From: Octopus bimaculoides
Lineage: Eukaryota
Assembly (NCBI RefSeq): GCF_001194135.2
Contig: NC_068994.1
Span: 48,334,233-48,398,232, forward strand
Direction: 5' to 3'
Length of the DNA: 64,000 nucleotides
Below the pieces are notes generated by a model. That model worked only from the letters and a program-made list of their open reading frames with translations, did no database searches and was not told the origin of the DNA. Shown here piece by piece: positions 13,181 to 27,014 of the stretch. Positions within the stretch are counted from its first letter, which is position 1; every line of letters starts with the position of its first letter. The position numbers and the translations under genes are program-made.

Positions 13181-16002
13181 GTAAGTAAATAAAGAAGAAA
13201 CGAACGATTAATTGTTTTAGTGATATCGAGAGAAATACATGTGTATTAACATTTTTGCTTGTTTGCAAGTTTGAATAATCATTTTAAAGTTTTTTTGCTT
13301 ACAAAAATGTTAAATGCAACCAGCTTGCTCTTGAACAAGCTTCATAGAAAGACGTTTCAGTCCCTCTTTTAGATTATTATTGTTCTGTCGTTTTTAGCTG
13401 CAGTCATCGAGCAATCCTAACATTAATTCATCTTCTAGGCCTATTAGTGTGAGGAGAAAAACGAATTATTACCACAATCATTTGAGTAGATAAAATAAGA
13501 GAAAAATCCTCGATCTTAAATCTTTATTTTTTCGGGGTTCGCTTGAACGCAAAACATAATTCTGAAGAAAATTAATTAATAATTCGTCGTATTTGTGGTT
13601 AATCAATTTAACTTCTATTTTTTAAAAATATTTAAGGCAATCCTTCGAAAATGGTACCGAAATTATTGCCAATATTTAATGCATTGTAGTTAATTTCTTC
13701 TGATAAATTTACACTCTTTCAAATATTTCTAGAACTAATTTGCTTATTATTCCTTATAAGTTTTATCCATGCTGTGGAGATACTAGAGACTCAAGTGTCG
13801 AACCAGTTTCTCTAGTGGTAGTACTTCCTCCTATTATGCTTCAATGTGAGAAAATACGTATCTTATTTGCCACAATTCTCTGTTAGGCCAAATCACTGAG
13901 AGCGATTAAACAGGCTGTGAATAAAAAAACTGGTTAGGATTTCATATATTTAGCACATGATTACAAACTTGGACAAAAAGTACAAGTGGGTTAATGTAGT
14001 AACTGGTCAATGTATATGAAATGGTGGTAGAGAAGAATAACGACGGTTGATAACTATAAAGTTGTTAGAATGGCTGTTTTTTAAGATGTATTTACAGAAA
14101 TGATAAAGTGACTCAAATGTTTTTTTTATAGTGAAATGTGTGAACTGTTAATGGATTTCGATAAACATTTTCCTAACCATTCGGCGGGTATTGTTGAAAG
14201 TTACTTGGTACATCAAAAGCTTTTCTTGAGTCTTTTGGCAAAATAACATTTTTTTCTTACCTTTCAAGTTTTGTACGCAAAACCTAAGGATTTCCAAACA
14301 ATTTATTTAGTTTCGAAAATAATTTTTTAATCTCTCGGCTCTGTAAAAGGCTAACCCTTAATATTACCCTGTAAAAAGTCACTACCTTTTCTCTTTTTAC
14401 GTTTTGTAGACATAGCTTTGTTTACATTTGTCATTTGTTTATTTGATGTCATTTAGTCAGGAAATATCACAGGTTTTTATATATAATAAACACCTTCCGT
14501 TGTAAACATTTTTCGATCGCAATAAAGGGCTGTGGACAATATAAGCTTAAAACCACTAATACGAGTTGGGGTGGAGGAAAAACAAAACAACCTCTGGTCT
14601 TTCAGCTGAAATATATCGGAAAGCGAATTTTTATATGTCGGTAATCGGTAGCAAATTGGTTTGCCTATTCGTTCGCATGTGTATATACTCATTCACTGAC
14701 ATTTTACCATTTCCGCTATTCAAGTACAATAGGGACATTTAACTCGTCAGGAATTTAATCAAAAAATGACATCAGTCACATCAACTGGTTGAAACTGTTT
14801 GACAGATCTTCGCAATTTCTGGGCGAACATTTCTTTTGTATTATTTCTATTTAAGCCGACGAGATTCATTTAGGTCGATACGTAATTAACAAGATTTTAT
14901 GGTCATGAATACAACAAGCTAATTCAAATATTCTGTCTTCTTTTTTTTTTTTTTTTTAAATGATGCTGCATTGCTAACACGATAAATTCATGCACCCACA
15001 CAATCACGAGTTGTGTGTTGTGGTGTTATATATATATATATACACTTTATTAAAAAGCAGCAAAAATATCACAAAAGCTGTTACTCGGAGTTTCGCGTTC
15101 CCGTTCTTCGGACTGTTTTGTTACTTTCATTTTAATTGTCGCACATATATTTTATTGCACATCTCCACCATTGTTAAACTGTCTTTAGGTCTTTGTTTTG
15201 AATATCCGGGATTCAGAATTTGTCAAATACTTTTAGTAGCGACAAGAATGATACTACTACTAATGATAAGAAAAAAAACAAAAACAATAAGAATGATAAT
15301 GATAATAAATTAATTTTTAAAATTGATATTTTAAAATCACAAACTAATTTTATTTCGTTTGCATGCGACGATTGAAAGCACTAGTTTGTTTCTTGAAATC
15401 GAAAATGCTGTTCCACTTTCATTTTCTTCAAAACATTGTAATTACGCAAAGCAAATATATATACATACGCTTCAAATACGTACGAAATATTTATATACAC
15501 CCAAAGGCGTATCTACACAATTGTGCCCCCTCTCCGACTTTGTTTCTTCATAACTTTCAGAAAATTGATATTTTTTAATGAAATTTTCAACAAATACCAT
15601 TCATATCGGAATTTAATGTGAAAAAATGGTGGGGGCGCGCACATATATACACACACACCACGATTTTTTTTTCAAAATTTCAAATTTCATTGTATGCGTG
15701 TGTGTGTGAGTGAGAGAGATGTAATTCTGTATGTATGTATGTATGTGTGCGTGCCCATAATTTTTTTTATTCCACATTAAATTCTTATATAATTGTAATC
15801 TACACCGTCCGAAGTGTATGTGTAGATTTCATTTAACAATTTCCGTTTTTCTTAAAGCCAAGAGGAAGCAAATTCGGGGAGGCACATTAAATACTGCAGC
15901 TATAAATCTTCTGGTCCTGACCAGTTTCTCATTAAAATAATATTTTTTTAAATTCTGAAGCCTCTTAATATCCGATGTTCAAAATCTGTATTTTCTCTTT
16001 AA

Positions 16003-16049
<47 letters not shown>

Positions 16050-17689
16050 AGAATCGTTCGCTTTATTTTTTGCATTTAATTTACAACATACTTAACTAAA
16101 TGAATATGCCACGTTAAAATTCAAATCCCGAACCGAAAACACATTTATGTGCGAAGGAAGAAAAAAATCAATTCAACACATCCATCGGCCGTACACCATA
16201 AGGTTCAGCGGAACTTATTGAAGCAAGCCAACACGTTCGCGGCATTACTGTGGGCGATGGCGTGGCTAAGGCGTTGCAACAGCTAAGCACCACCACAGGC
16301 ATCACCTGACACCTCGATAAGGATGACTTCGCTGTCAGCGGCCCAGTTAAAAAAAAAGTGTTAAAATTATCCACTTATATAGAATAGACAGGGCAAGAGG
16401 AGACACGAGGCACAGAATGTCACCGAAGAGATCACAGAACGTTTGACAAAAGAACTCGGTGCGTGTGTTTATTGGCAAAAGATGACCACCTCCAAATATG
16501 GTTCAACACTCGATTTCACATCAAGAATCTTGCAAAACAAATACACAAACGTGTGTGAAAATACAAGGCAATAATAGAGCTGCTTGCATTCAACTTTACA
16601 ATTCAGTCAAGCTTATTTTTTTGTAAATGTTAGCCCTAATAATTATTAACATTAATTGTAAAAGCAATGCAAGATTATGGACACATACAATGAGCGCAAT
16701 ATATATTTTCACTACAGTCATGTGTTTATAAAGATAACCTTGTCTGATTCCTCATTTCAGTCTCACGTTATTAGGTTTCTTAGTTGAAGAGAGCGGTGGT
16801 GGTGGTGGTGAAAGGGCAACAAATACCTTTTCAAGCTTTATATTTACTATTATTATTGAGAGCTCCAGCTCTCAATATCAAAATTGCCATTATACGATAA
16901 ATACTCTAGAAAGACGTAATCGTTTAAATTCAAGGCTGGTGTCAACATTTGACGACAACAAATGTTGATTACCTTGTAACACCTGTATTGTCATGTTGCC
17001 AGAAGCTAATTATTTATTCATTTGTGACACATCTCTAAGAATGAAATATACGGATTTCCACTAATTTTTGTTCGTTTTCTAGAGTGAAATATTTTATATA
17101 TATNNNNNNNNNNNNNNNNNNNNNNNNNNNNNNNNNNNNNNNNNNNNNNNNNNNNNNNNNNNNNNNNNNNNNNNNNNNNNNNNNNNNNNNATATAATATA
17201 TACACGCTTCACACACACACACATCTTTTACAGTCGTTAGACTGTGGCCATGCTGGTGCATCACCTTGAATCTTTTAGTCAAATGAATCGACCCCAGTAC
17301 TTATTTTTTAAGCCTGGTACTTATTCCATCGGTCTCTTTTGTTGAACTGCTAAGTTACGGAGACTTAAATACAACACTGATTGTCAAATGGTGATGGACT
17401 AACACACACACACATACACACACACACATATACATACATACAGGTGCAGGAGTGGTAAGAAGTTTGCTTCTCAACCACATGATTCCATGTTCAGTCCCAC
17501 TGCGTGGAACCTAGGGCAAGTGTCTTCTACTATAGCCTTGGGCCAACAAAAGCCTTGCGAGTGGATTTGATAGATAGAAAATATATATACAACAGAATTC
17601 TTTCAGTTTCTGTCTATCAAATCCACTCATATACACACAGGAGGAATTTCAACCATGTTTTGTGGTCTGCTACCACAACAGCTCCTTTA

Positions 17690-18915
17690 TAGGATCCAGT
17701 TAGCTCAAGACATCATCAGGAGGAACCACGTCCGGTTTCGGCCCCTATTCCTCTACCGTTTTGACGTGGCGGGGCCCCTCCTTTCGGAGGTGTCTTCAGC
17801 TCTGGTGTTGGGTGCATGTCTTTTTTCTTCTATTCCNNNNNNNNNNNNNNNNNNNNNNNNNNNNNNNNNNNNNNNNNNNNNNNNNNNNNNNNNNNNNNNN
17901 NNNNNNNNNNNNNNNNNNNNNNNNNNNNNNNNNNNNNNNNNNNNNNNNNNNNNNNNNNNNNNNNNNNNNNNNNNNNNNNNNNNNNNNNNNNNNNNNNNNN
18001 NNNNNNNNNNNNNNNNNNNNNNNNNNNNNNNNNNNNNNNNNNNNNNNNNNNNNNNNNNNNNNNNNNNNNNNNNNNNNNNNNNNNNNNNNNNNNNNNNNNN
18101 NNNNNNNNNNNNNNNNNNNNNNNNNNNNNNNNNNNNNNNNNNNNNNNNNNNNNNNNNNNNNNNNNNNNNNNNNNNNNNNNNNNNNNNNNNNNNNNNNNNN
18201 NNNNNNNNNNNNNNNNNNNNNNNNNNNNNNNNNNNNNNNNNNNNNNNNNNNNNNNNNNNNNNNNNNNNNNNNNNNNNNNNNNNNNNNNNNNNNNNNNNNN
18301 NNNNNNNNNNNNNNNNNNNNNNNNNNNNNNNNNNNNNNNNNNNNNNNNNNNNNNNNNNNNNNNNNNNNNNNNNNNNNNNNNNNNNNNNNNNNNNNNNNNN
18401 NNNNNNNNNNNNNNNNNNNNNNNNNNNNNNNNNNNNNNNNNNNNNNNNNNNNNNNNNNNNNNNNNNNNNNNNNNNNNNNNNNNNNNNNNNNNNNNNNNNN
18501 NNNNNNNNNNNNNNNNNNNNNNNNNNNNNNNNNNNNNNNNNNNNNNNNNNNNNNNNNNNNNNNNNNNNNNNNNNNNNNNNNNNNNNNNACTTCGGGGTAC
18601 TCTCCTCTGTTGTATCCCTCGATCTTCTCCTTGAGTGCTGCACTTATGATGCCAAGGACTTGATTATGGCGCCATGTATACCTTTCCAGTGCTCGTCTGC
18701 AGCTTGACAGAACGTGTCTCACCGTCGCTTTCTCCCCGCATCCACATTCATCGGTTGTTTTTATGTTCCTTCGAACTAAGTTCGCCGGTGAGGGTAGAAC
18801 GTCGAAGGTAGACTTGATCAGGAAGGCTGTTCTTGCTTGTTCCCAAGCCCAAAGTTCCTTCCATGAGATTCTGCGACTGACCACGTTTTCATCCCATCTC
18901 AGGCACTGCATATTG
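17690..18915 (-). mobile_element. RLE-type (R2/NeSL/HERO-like) non-LTR retrotransposon 3' fragment spanning an assembly gap
   Basis: 18590-18911 encodes ISWKELW...FLIKSTFDVLPSPANL...CGCGEKATVRHVLSSC...RYTWRHNQVL, the zinc finger and RH motif that precede a restriction-like endonuclease. The GC-rich flank 17690-17836 is assumed to be its 3' end. Confidence 0.75.
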
Positions 18916-19910
18916 ATAATTAATGTTCACTATGCACCTTTGTATATACTTATGATTATCAAAGTCTGCATATTTCTGGTGGTAACTCATCTCCCTTAAA
19001 TTGTATAAATGTGTTGGCTTTTGTCTTTCCCTTGGACAACATCGGTGGTGTGGAGAGGGGGAGGCTGGTATGCATTGATGATTGTTGGTCTTCTGCAAAC
19101 AACCTTGCCTAGACTTGTGCCTAGGAGGGCAACATTCTAGGTGCAATCTCATGGTCATTTGTGACCAAAAGAGGTCTTTACTCCTTTACATGAACTGAGT
19201 TGCAATCCACTCTAACATCCTTTTACCCCTTATGTTACCTTTGCAATCTTCAAAAGTTGAAGCTGAATATCAATCACATTGCTTTCAACAGTTTTTCAGC
19301 TAGTGCCTGCGAGTATGATGGACACTGCCCCTCCTCCAATGGCATAACCTTACCCCCTCCCTTGAAATTGCTGGCCTTGTACCAACATTTGAAACCAATA
19401 TCATTACAAAAGGAAGAGACACAGCCCCAAATCAATTACCCAGTCAGGCTTCATCATGGTGTTTGAGTTAATTCTAAAATTAGAATAACGAGCCTTATCC
19501 TATGAATATTGTTTATTTTTGTATTTGTATTTATCTCAGCAATTTTGTAAATAAAGTCATCCATGATAAGCATTGTTTAGAGATATGTTGGTGGGCAAAT
19601 GTTGATAATGCATTTTTAATACAATTAGCGTTATTCTTTTTTTTATATTGTGAAATCATTTTTCCAGTAAGTTCAAAGAGATAGAAAGCACGTGTTTGGT
19701 GGGGAGTGTGTGAGAGATTTTTTTATGTATGCAATTTCTTTGAATCTTTCACTACATTCTAACATGTGTGTGTGTCTGTCTGTCTGCCTCTCTGTCTCTG
19801 TCTCTCTCTCTGTGTCTCTCTCTCTGTCTCTCTCTCTCCTTGTCTCTCTGTCTCTCTCCTTGTCTGTCAGTCTCTCTCTCCCTGTCTGTCTGTCTGTCTC
19901 TCTCTCTCTC

Positions 19911-19966
<56 letters not shown>

Positions 19967-22900
19967 NNNNNNNNNNNNNNNNNNNNNNNNNNNNNNNNNN
20001 NNNNNNNNNNNNNNNNNNNNNNNNNNNNNNNNNNNNNNNNNNNNNNNNNNNNNNNNNNNNNNNNNNNNNNNNNNNNNNNNNNNNNNNNNNNNNNNNNNNN
20101 NNNNNNNNNNNNNNNNNNNNNNNNNNNNNNNNNNNNNNNNNNNNNNNNNNNNNNNNNNNNNNNNNNNNNNNNNNNNNNNNNNNNNNNNNNNNNNNNNNNN
20201 NNNNNNNNNNNNNNNNNNNNNNNNNNNNNNNNNNNNNNNNNNNNNNNNNNNNNNNNNNNNNNNNNNNNNNNNNNNNNNNNNNNNNNNNNNNNNNNNNNNN
20301 NNNNNNNNNNNNNNNNNNNNNNNNNNNNNNNNNNNNNNNNNNNNNNNNNNNNNNNNNNNNNNNNNNNNNNNNNNNNNNNNNNNNNNNNNNNNNNNNNNNN
20401 NNNNNNNNNNNNNNNNNNNNNNNNNNNNNNNNNNNNNNNNNNNNNNNNNNNNNNNNNNNNNNNNNNNNNNNNNNNNNNNNNNNNNNNNNNNNNNNNNNNN
20501 NNNNNNNNNNNNNNNNNNNCCCCCCCCAACTTCTCTCTAGATCTCTCACTCTCATATGAAGGGTAAAGTCTAAAGAATATACTTTATGCCCCTCATAGCA
20601 AATTAGCTTGTTGAACAACCATGGTACATAATGACTTGGTTCATCATTGATGAATACCTCATATAATCTGGAACTATATTGTAAAAGTCTTTCAGCTTCT
20701 GTCTGAATATCAAAGGTCAGATGCTGTTTGAGACGTCTTTTGTCCAATAACACACACTATATTGTTGTTTATACCTGTCCCCAGAGTGTATGCCATTGTG
20801 CTTATGGGGATACTGAAGTGGAAGCAATAATGGGTTGCCAGATTAAGTCTTCTTTGGTATTTAGCTACAACCCTTTTCATTCTGAGTTCAAATGTTTGCT
20901 GGATTTAATTTTGCTTCTTAAACATTCTGGATTGATAAAATAACAGTGATATAATGGGTCATAGCCTCCCACAAAGTTTGTCCTTGTGTCTCAGAAATCA
21001 TTATTCTTATCGTTTGGATTGTAGAGTGACAGGAGTAGTATGTTAGGCCAAAAGCACTGCAGTTCTGCAAGTTCAAATGCCATTGGATTTTACTTTACCA
21101 TTTGATCTGCTAAGTTGATAAAATAGTTACTGTTTATGTTTTGGAAATTGATTTGAACCAGTATACTTTCCACACTCAATGCATTGTTAATCATTTGTAA
21201 AACCAAAGCAAGTGTCTACTTCTAGACAAAACAAGTGTCTACTTCTAGATGTTTAATCTCTGGCCAATCCTAATTGAATAGATCAGACATTCCTGCGTGA
21301 TCATCCTATCTTTTTAAGGAGTATATTGAGCTTCATTGTCTCTTTTTTTTGTTGTTATTAATTGTTGTTTTGCTTCAAGTCCAGCAGATATGATCAGTCA
21401 TTCTAGCCCTGGCCATCCTGTCTTTTTTCCTTTCATTTCTGATATAGTGTATCTGGGATTTACTTATCTAATGTGCCTTTCCCTCTTTAAAATGTTAGGG
21501 TGTAAATTTGAGAGATGTGACTGCCATTTCTTGCAGGTTGAGCAGTGCCATAGAGGCTCTCTTCCACTGACAAATGACAGAGCCTCTTCATTAAGACAGG
21601 ATGGTCAAGGACAGAATACTTTTGATCATGTCTGCTCATAGCTGACTTGGGTCGAAACATCATCAACAACAATTTGTCTTTAAGGCAAGTTGTTAAGCCT
21701 GGACATAAATTTCCAGTAAAATAGGTACCACCTATATTCTGGGAACTGTTTTGATTGACTACACTCTTGCATATTTATGACTTGTCCTAATATAAAGATA
21801 ACTTTGTATTTTGGTTGCTGTTGGCTTTTAGATAACGGTTTCTTTTAAAGCTGTATAAGTAAGTGTGCAAGCCTGAATGTTGTATTTGCTCAATGCCAAA
21901 AGGAAATTAAATCAAAGTGTTTTTAAACAGTTGCATGTTTCATAAGCTCACAGTGTTGTTAAATGACCTAATTTGGCAGCTACATTTGCTACGTCACAAC
22001 CTTGAGATTAAGAACAGTATGTAAATTTTTTATCACCTCATTAGAAATATGTGCTTTTGATGATTTCTGAGTTATAATGATTACTTTGAAAATACAGTAT
22101 TCTTTCATTCTTTTACTGGTTTCAGTATTTGGACTGGGGCCTCATTTCCAAAAGTATAGTCAATAATATCAATCCCAGTACTTGATTGGAATTTATTTTA
22201 TTAATCTTAGAAGGACTAAGAGAAAAGTTGACATAGCTGGGAAGCAAACTCAAGATGTAAAAGTACATAAATAAATATCAAAAGATATATTGTCTGATAT
22301 CTTACTAATTCTTCCATTCTCTGACTTGTGGACTTCATTTTCTTTACTTGTCACTGGTGTTGGTAATGGTAGAGTCTGTTTGTCATGATGTATTTGCATG
22401 TGACAAGAATATTGCTGTCATACTACCTCTTTCCTGTCATTTTTGCTCCTTGTGTATATTTCCTTGCACAGCTGTCATTTTCTCTACAGTGGTTTCCTTG
22501 CACAGCTGTTGCCTGTAATTGGCATCTGTTTCGAATGATGGTTCTATGCTGTTGTGCTTACATATTCATTACCTTTACTTTATCCCTTCCCCATTGCTTA
22601 TCCTCAGTCAGTGTATTTTTGAATCTCCAGTAAATTGATATTGCCGGGACAGCCTGAACTACTCAAATGGAATATTTGTGTGTTGTGACACAGGCTTGCA
22701 CACACAAAATGCTCTAGATAAATATGTACGTAATAGGCTTATATCCCAGACTAAAGATATTATAGTGAGATCAGGACAGAGAAACTATTGGAGCAAAGCA
22801 GCTTTATAACTCTGTGTGTGTTTTAAGCTAACAGTTAAGTTTTTAACAGCAAAAAAAAAAGAAACAAAGCCTATCAAAGAAATTCATTATATATTGTTTC

Positions 22901-24005
22901 TCATATTATTGTTTAACACAAACACACACACTATGCATTGATATAAAATGAAAGAGTGTGGAAGTTATGTAGACAAAATGTATGTATATATATATATATA
23001 TGATAGCTTGGGATTGTTAATCCAAATTTTGGTTTCACACAACTCTTTTTCATTGGCAAACAAAGCTTGTCTTTGTTCAAACCAATTTGTAAAACCTGAA
23101 CATAGATTAAGTCTCCGGTTTAATCTATAAAGATATATTTAAAATAATGAAACAATAAAAAAATCATATGGAGATATAAGCACTCGTTTTTGCTGAATTG
23201 TCAAACTTCGACTATAAATAGTGCTTTCATGTTGCTGTTAATTGAAGAAATAAACAAAAGGGTGTTGGACCAAGTAAGATTTTACATGGTCACTCAACCT
23301 GTGAGAAATAACTGCCAAATCTTATTCAAAGCCCAACTCTATCATCTTAAAAAGAAATGGACAGTGGATTAGGAAGTCTTATATACGTTATCCTTATGAA
23401 GGAGATGACAAAGCACTGAGATGTCTGATTCTTTGCTGTTCTCAAGAAGACCCGTTCATCATAGCAGAATTGATACCAGCGCTTGTGCTATGTAAAAAGC
23501 ACTGGTACCACATAAAAAGCAATCAGGCTGGTGCCATGTTAAAAGCACTGATGCATAAAAAGCATCCAGTACACTCTGTAAAGTGGTTGGCATTAGGAAG
23601 GGCATCCAGCCACAGGAACTATGCCAGAACAGACAATGGAGTCTGGTGAGGTCCCTGGCCCTACCAGCTCCTGCCAAACTGCTGCCATAAACCTTGTGCT
23701 TTTATTAGAAACCATTTTCATTAGTAGAAGCAGCAGTAGAGCACTAGTGTACAGTATTTGTTTCTTTCATTTAGTATTCCGGATTCACATTTGCGATGGG
23801 TGATTTTGTCCTTCCTCTCTCTCTTGTTGATAAAATATACTTAGTGATGTACTGAGTTGAGTTCTATTATTCACACCAACTCCTCTCCATATTTTTAGAA
23901 TTGTGCTAATAGTAAGAAGTAATTATAATTATTTTTTGTATTTCTTATTTGATGTATTATTTTTATGTTTCTGTTTAATTTTATAATTTTTTTTTTATCC
24001 TCCAG

Positions 24006-24180
24006 CTTGCCAATCTCTTTGTTATGTGCTTACTGGTCATTGCCACTGTACATCCAGAACTCCTGAAAGTTTTCCGATCATCCTCTCCTATTGAGTTTGA
24101 TAGATATTTACTGAAAGAGGACCAGAACAATTGGGAACCCTACAAGAATGGACTGTTTGATTCAATATGGAGGAGCAAAG
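24006..24180 (+). CDS. LAPTM4: LAPTM4-family protein, exon 2
   Basis: Polypyrimidine tract plus cag acceptor. Translates LANLFVMCLLVIATVHPELL...DSIWRSK (end of TM1 and luminal loop). AAG|gtaact donor; phase 0 in, phase 1 out. Confidence 0.88.
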
Positions 24181-24334
24181 GTAACTTGAATATTCTTGAA
24201 TGTTGTTGTTGTTGATTAACTCCATCCCAACCCTGATTCAAAAGACTTCTGGTGAAAGATATTCCTCTTGCAATTGTCCCATCTTTTTTCTTTCTTATAT
24301 TTTACTTCAGGTTTTTTTTTCTTATATTATATAT

Positions 24335-24982
24335 AAGAAATGTGCCCTGAAGAATGGGTTCTCTATGGAAATGTCAAGTGCTGAAGACAGTGGGTAGGGA
24401 AAGGAGAAACACTGGCACCCAGGCTAAAGAAGGTCTTCAACCACATAAGGTGTTTTCTGTTTGATGGGATATGGAAGGTTTAGTCCACATTGAACTTTTA
24501 AAGCCAAACCAAAGGATAACAAAAACTACTGCAAGCAGCTTGAGCAGCTTAAGTCAGTGCCAGAAGAAAAAGGACCATCTTTGGTTTCAAGGCAAAAGGT
24601 GTTCCTCCATCAGGATAATGCTCAGCCACATACAGTGAGGATGATATTCCAAAGGCTGGAGCAGTTTGAATGGGAAATGATGCCCCACCTGCCATATTTG
24701 CCGGACATTCCCCCCTCTTATTATCATTTATTCTGCAGTCTTCAAAATCATTTGGACAGAAAATATATGAATTCTGTAGATGAGGTCAGAGTATTGGAAG
24801 AGTATTTTTGGTCATGGACAAGTGAATTTTGGAAGAGGGGCCTTGCAAGTCTACCAGAGAGATGGAAGAGCATTGTAGAAAATGAAGGAGAGTATATTTT
24901 AGATTAAAAAACAACTTTATCTTAATTTTGAAAAATAAAAGTAGTATAAAAAAAAACCCACATTTATGGGATGACCCAATAT
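24335..24982 (+). mobile_element. Mariner (Tc1/mariner, DD34D) transposase relic, 3' half with terminal inverted repeat
   Basis: Degenerate EEWVLYGNVK...KVFSV*WDMEG...HQDNAQPH...HLPYLPDIPPSYYHLF...LPERWKSIVENEGEY. Ends in the TIR-like sequence atttatgggatgacccaata followed by TA. Lies in LAPTM4 intron 2. Confidence 0.85.
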
Positions 24983-25593
24983 ATTTATGTTTATGTATGT
25001 CTCCTTGTCATGATGTCACTTGATACTTGTAAATGTGTGTCACCATCATACAAATAGTGTCATTTGTTTCTAATCTGCTGTGAAAATATGTCCAGCCAAG
25101 TGGAAATATTACCTTGCTTGGAAACAAGTGAGGGTTGGCAACAGGAAGGGTATCTGGCTCTAGAAAATTTGCCTCAATGAATTCCATCCTCGCAAGCATG
25201 GAAGAGTGGAAATTAAAATGGTGATGCTCACACACAAACACACACACACATTACTAAATGGGAAGAGTAATGAATACATGGTGCAGAGTATAATTACTTG
25301 TACATGGCTGGGGATTCACTCTGCTCTGAAATGTTGCCAGAAGGATTGGATTAAGTGAGAGACTTTGAGTAATGACAGAATAAATATCTTTGCACAAATA
25401 TGTTTGTACAATGTTCCTGTTATAGACGTACATATGTGAAATGCATGGATCTGTGTGTCTTTCAGTGTTAGTGTCTTTTTCTTTTATTTTATGCTGCTTT
25501 TTGTCCCATTTTGTTGCATATTGTTTGGTTTTATGTGTGTGTGTGTGTGCATGCGCAATGTAATAATGTTTACTCAAATCTTATCTTTTATAG

Positions 25594-25670
25594 AAGATCT
25601 GTGTGTTGTCTATGCCATCACCCTCTGCTCTACAACAATGTGTGTCCTCCTCATCTATGGTGCTGTTAAG
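25594..25670 (+). CDS. LAPTM4: LAPTM4-family protein, exon 3
   Basis: ttttatag acceptor. Translates (E)DLCVVYAITLCSTTMCVLLIYGAVK (TM2), matching vertebrate ...ICAMATYGAYK. AAG|gtattt donor; phases fit exons 2 and 4. Confidence 0.9.
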
Positions 25671-27014
25671 GTATTTACTATTTTGTTCTTCCATGTTTAA
25701 GCAACAACAAACATAACAGTTTACCTCTAGACTTTTCTCTCTGTTTCTCTGAACCCCACCTTTCTGACCCTCCTCTCTCTGATCCCCCTTCTCTCTGATC
25801 CCCCCTCTCTCTTTCTCTCACTCTAGCCCTCATCTCTTTCTGACTTTTCCTTTGCCTTCTCTGATCCTGTCTATTCTGTCCCTCTCTTTTCTCTTTTGAA
25901 ACATTCCTCACAGTGTGAAATAGAGGTCCAGTGTATATAGTCTATGCTTTGTATCATTACATGATGTCAAAAGCCACTTGTGTTGTGTGTCATTTCAATC
26001 TTCACACAAATATATGAAAAATGTTTCAACATTTAAATACACACAAAGAAAAGAAGCTGTTTTACACCTGCTTCATCTCAGTTCCCATTTCTCTATTGTA
26101 GCTGGTATCATAATAATGACTATTCATTAGTCAGAGGAGGAAAGGCAGCTCCCATGATGTTTTTCAGACTCCAAGACTGGTGGAAGGAAGGTAGGAAGCT
26201 TTCCTTCAAACTGGAGGCCTGATCTGAATACCAGTATATCACTGGTACCTATTTTATTTACTCTATCAAGTACAAAAAAAAGTGGGGACCAAAGTTGACC
26301 TCAGTGGAATTTGAACTCATTACACAAAATGCCTTAACTAAATACTCTAAGGCATTAAAAATTTTTAATACTTTTGCTGCTCTGCCAAATCTGTCATCTA
26401 CTGCAAAAGAAGGATATTGACAGTTTACCTAAAATTTCATTATAATAAAACATTTTTCAAAAATAATAAATTCTTATTTTGGCATAGGGCCAGAAATAGA
26501 GGAGGGAACAGTAAATTCTATCAACCTTCAGTTCTTCACTGATATTTTATTTTATCAACCAAAGTTAACCTTTTCTGGATTTGAACTCAGAGTCTAAATG
26601 ATGGGATCACGTACTGCAAGGAATTTTGTCTCATATTCTAATGATTTAGCAAAATGCTACACATTTTGTAGGCAATTTAGTCAACTAGCAATATTTAATT
26701 GGTATGGTGTGTTTACTCTGGAAAGATGAAAGGCAAAGACCATTTCAGCAGGATTATTTTGTAAAGGAGAAATATAATCAATTGAACTGATCTCAATATT
26801 TGGTGAGTAATCACCTTTCGTTTCCCTACAAAAATAGGCCAGAAAAATTGGTTTCTGTCGGATTTGAACTTGGAATTTAGATGGCTAGAACTCATTGCAG
26901 TAAAGCATTTAATCTGAGCACTTCATTAAGACACTTATACCACTTCATAGTAAACAATAAAAGAGAAAGATTGTTTGTGTAGTGAGAATAGTAAGATAAA
27001 GCTATGAAAATTTA

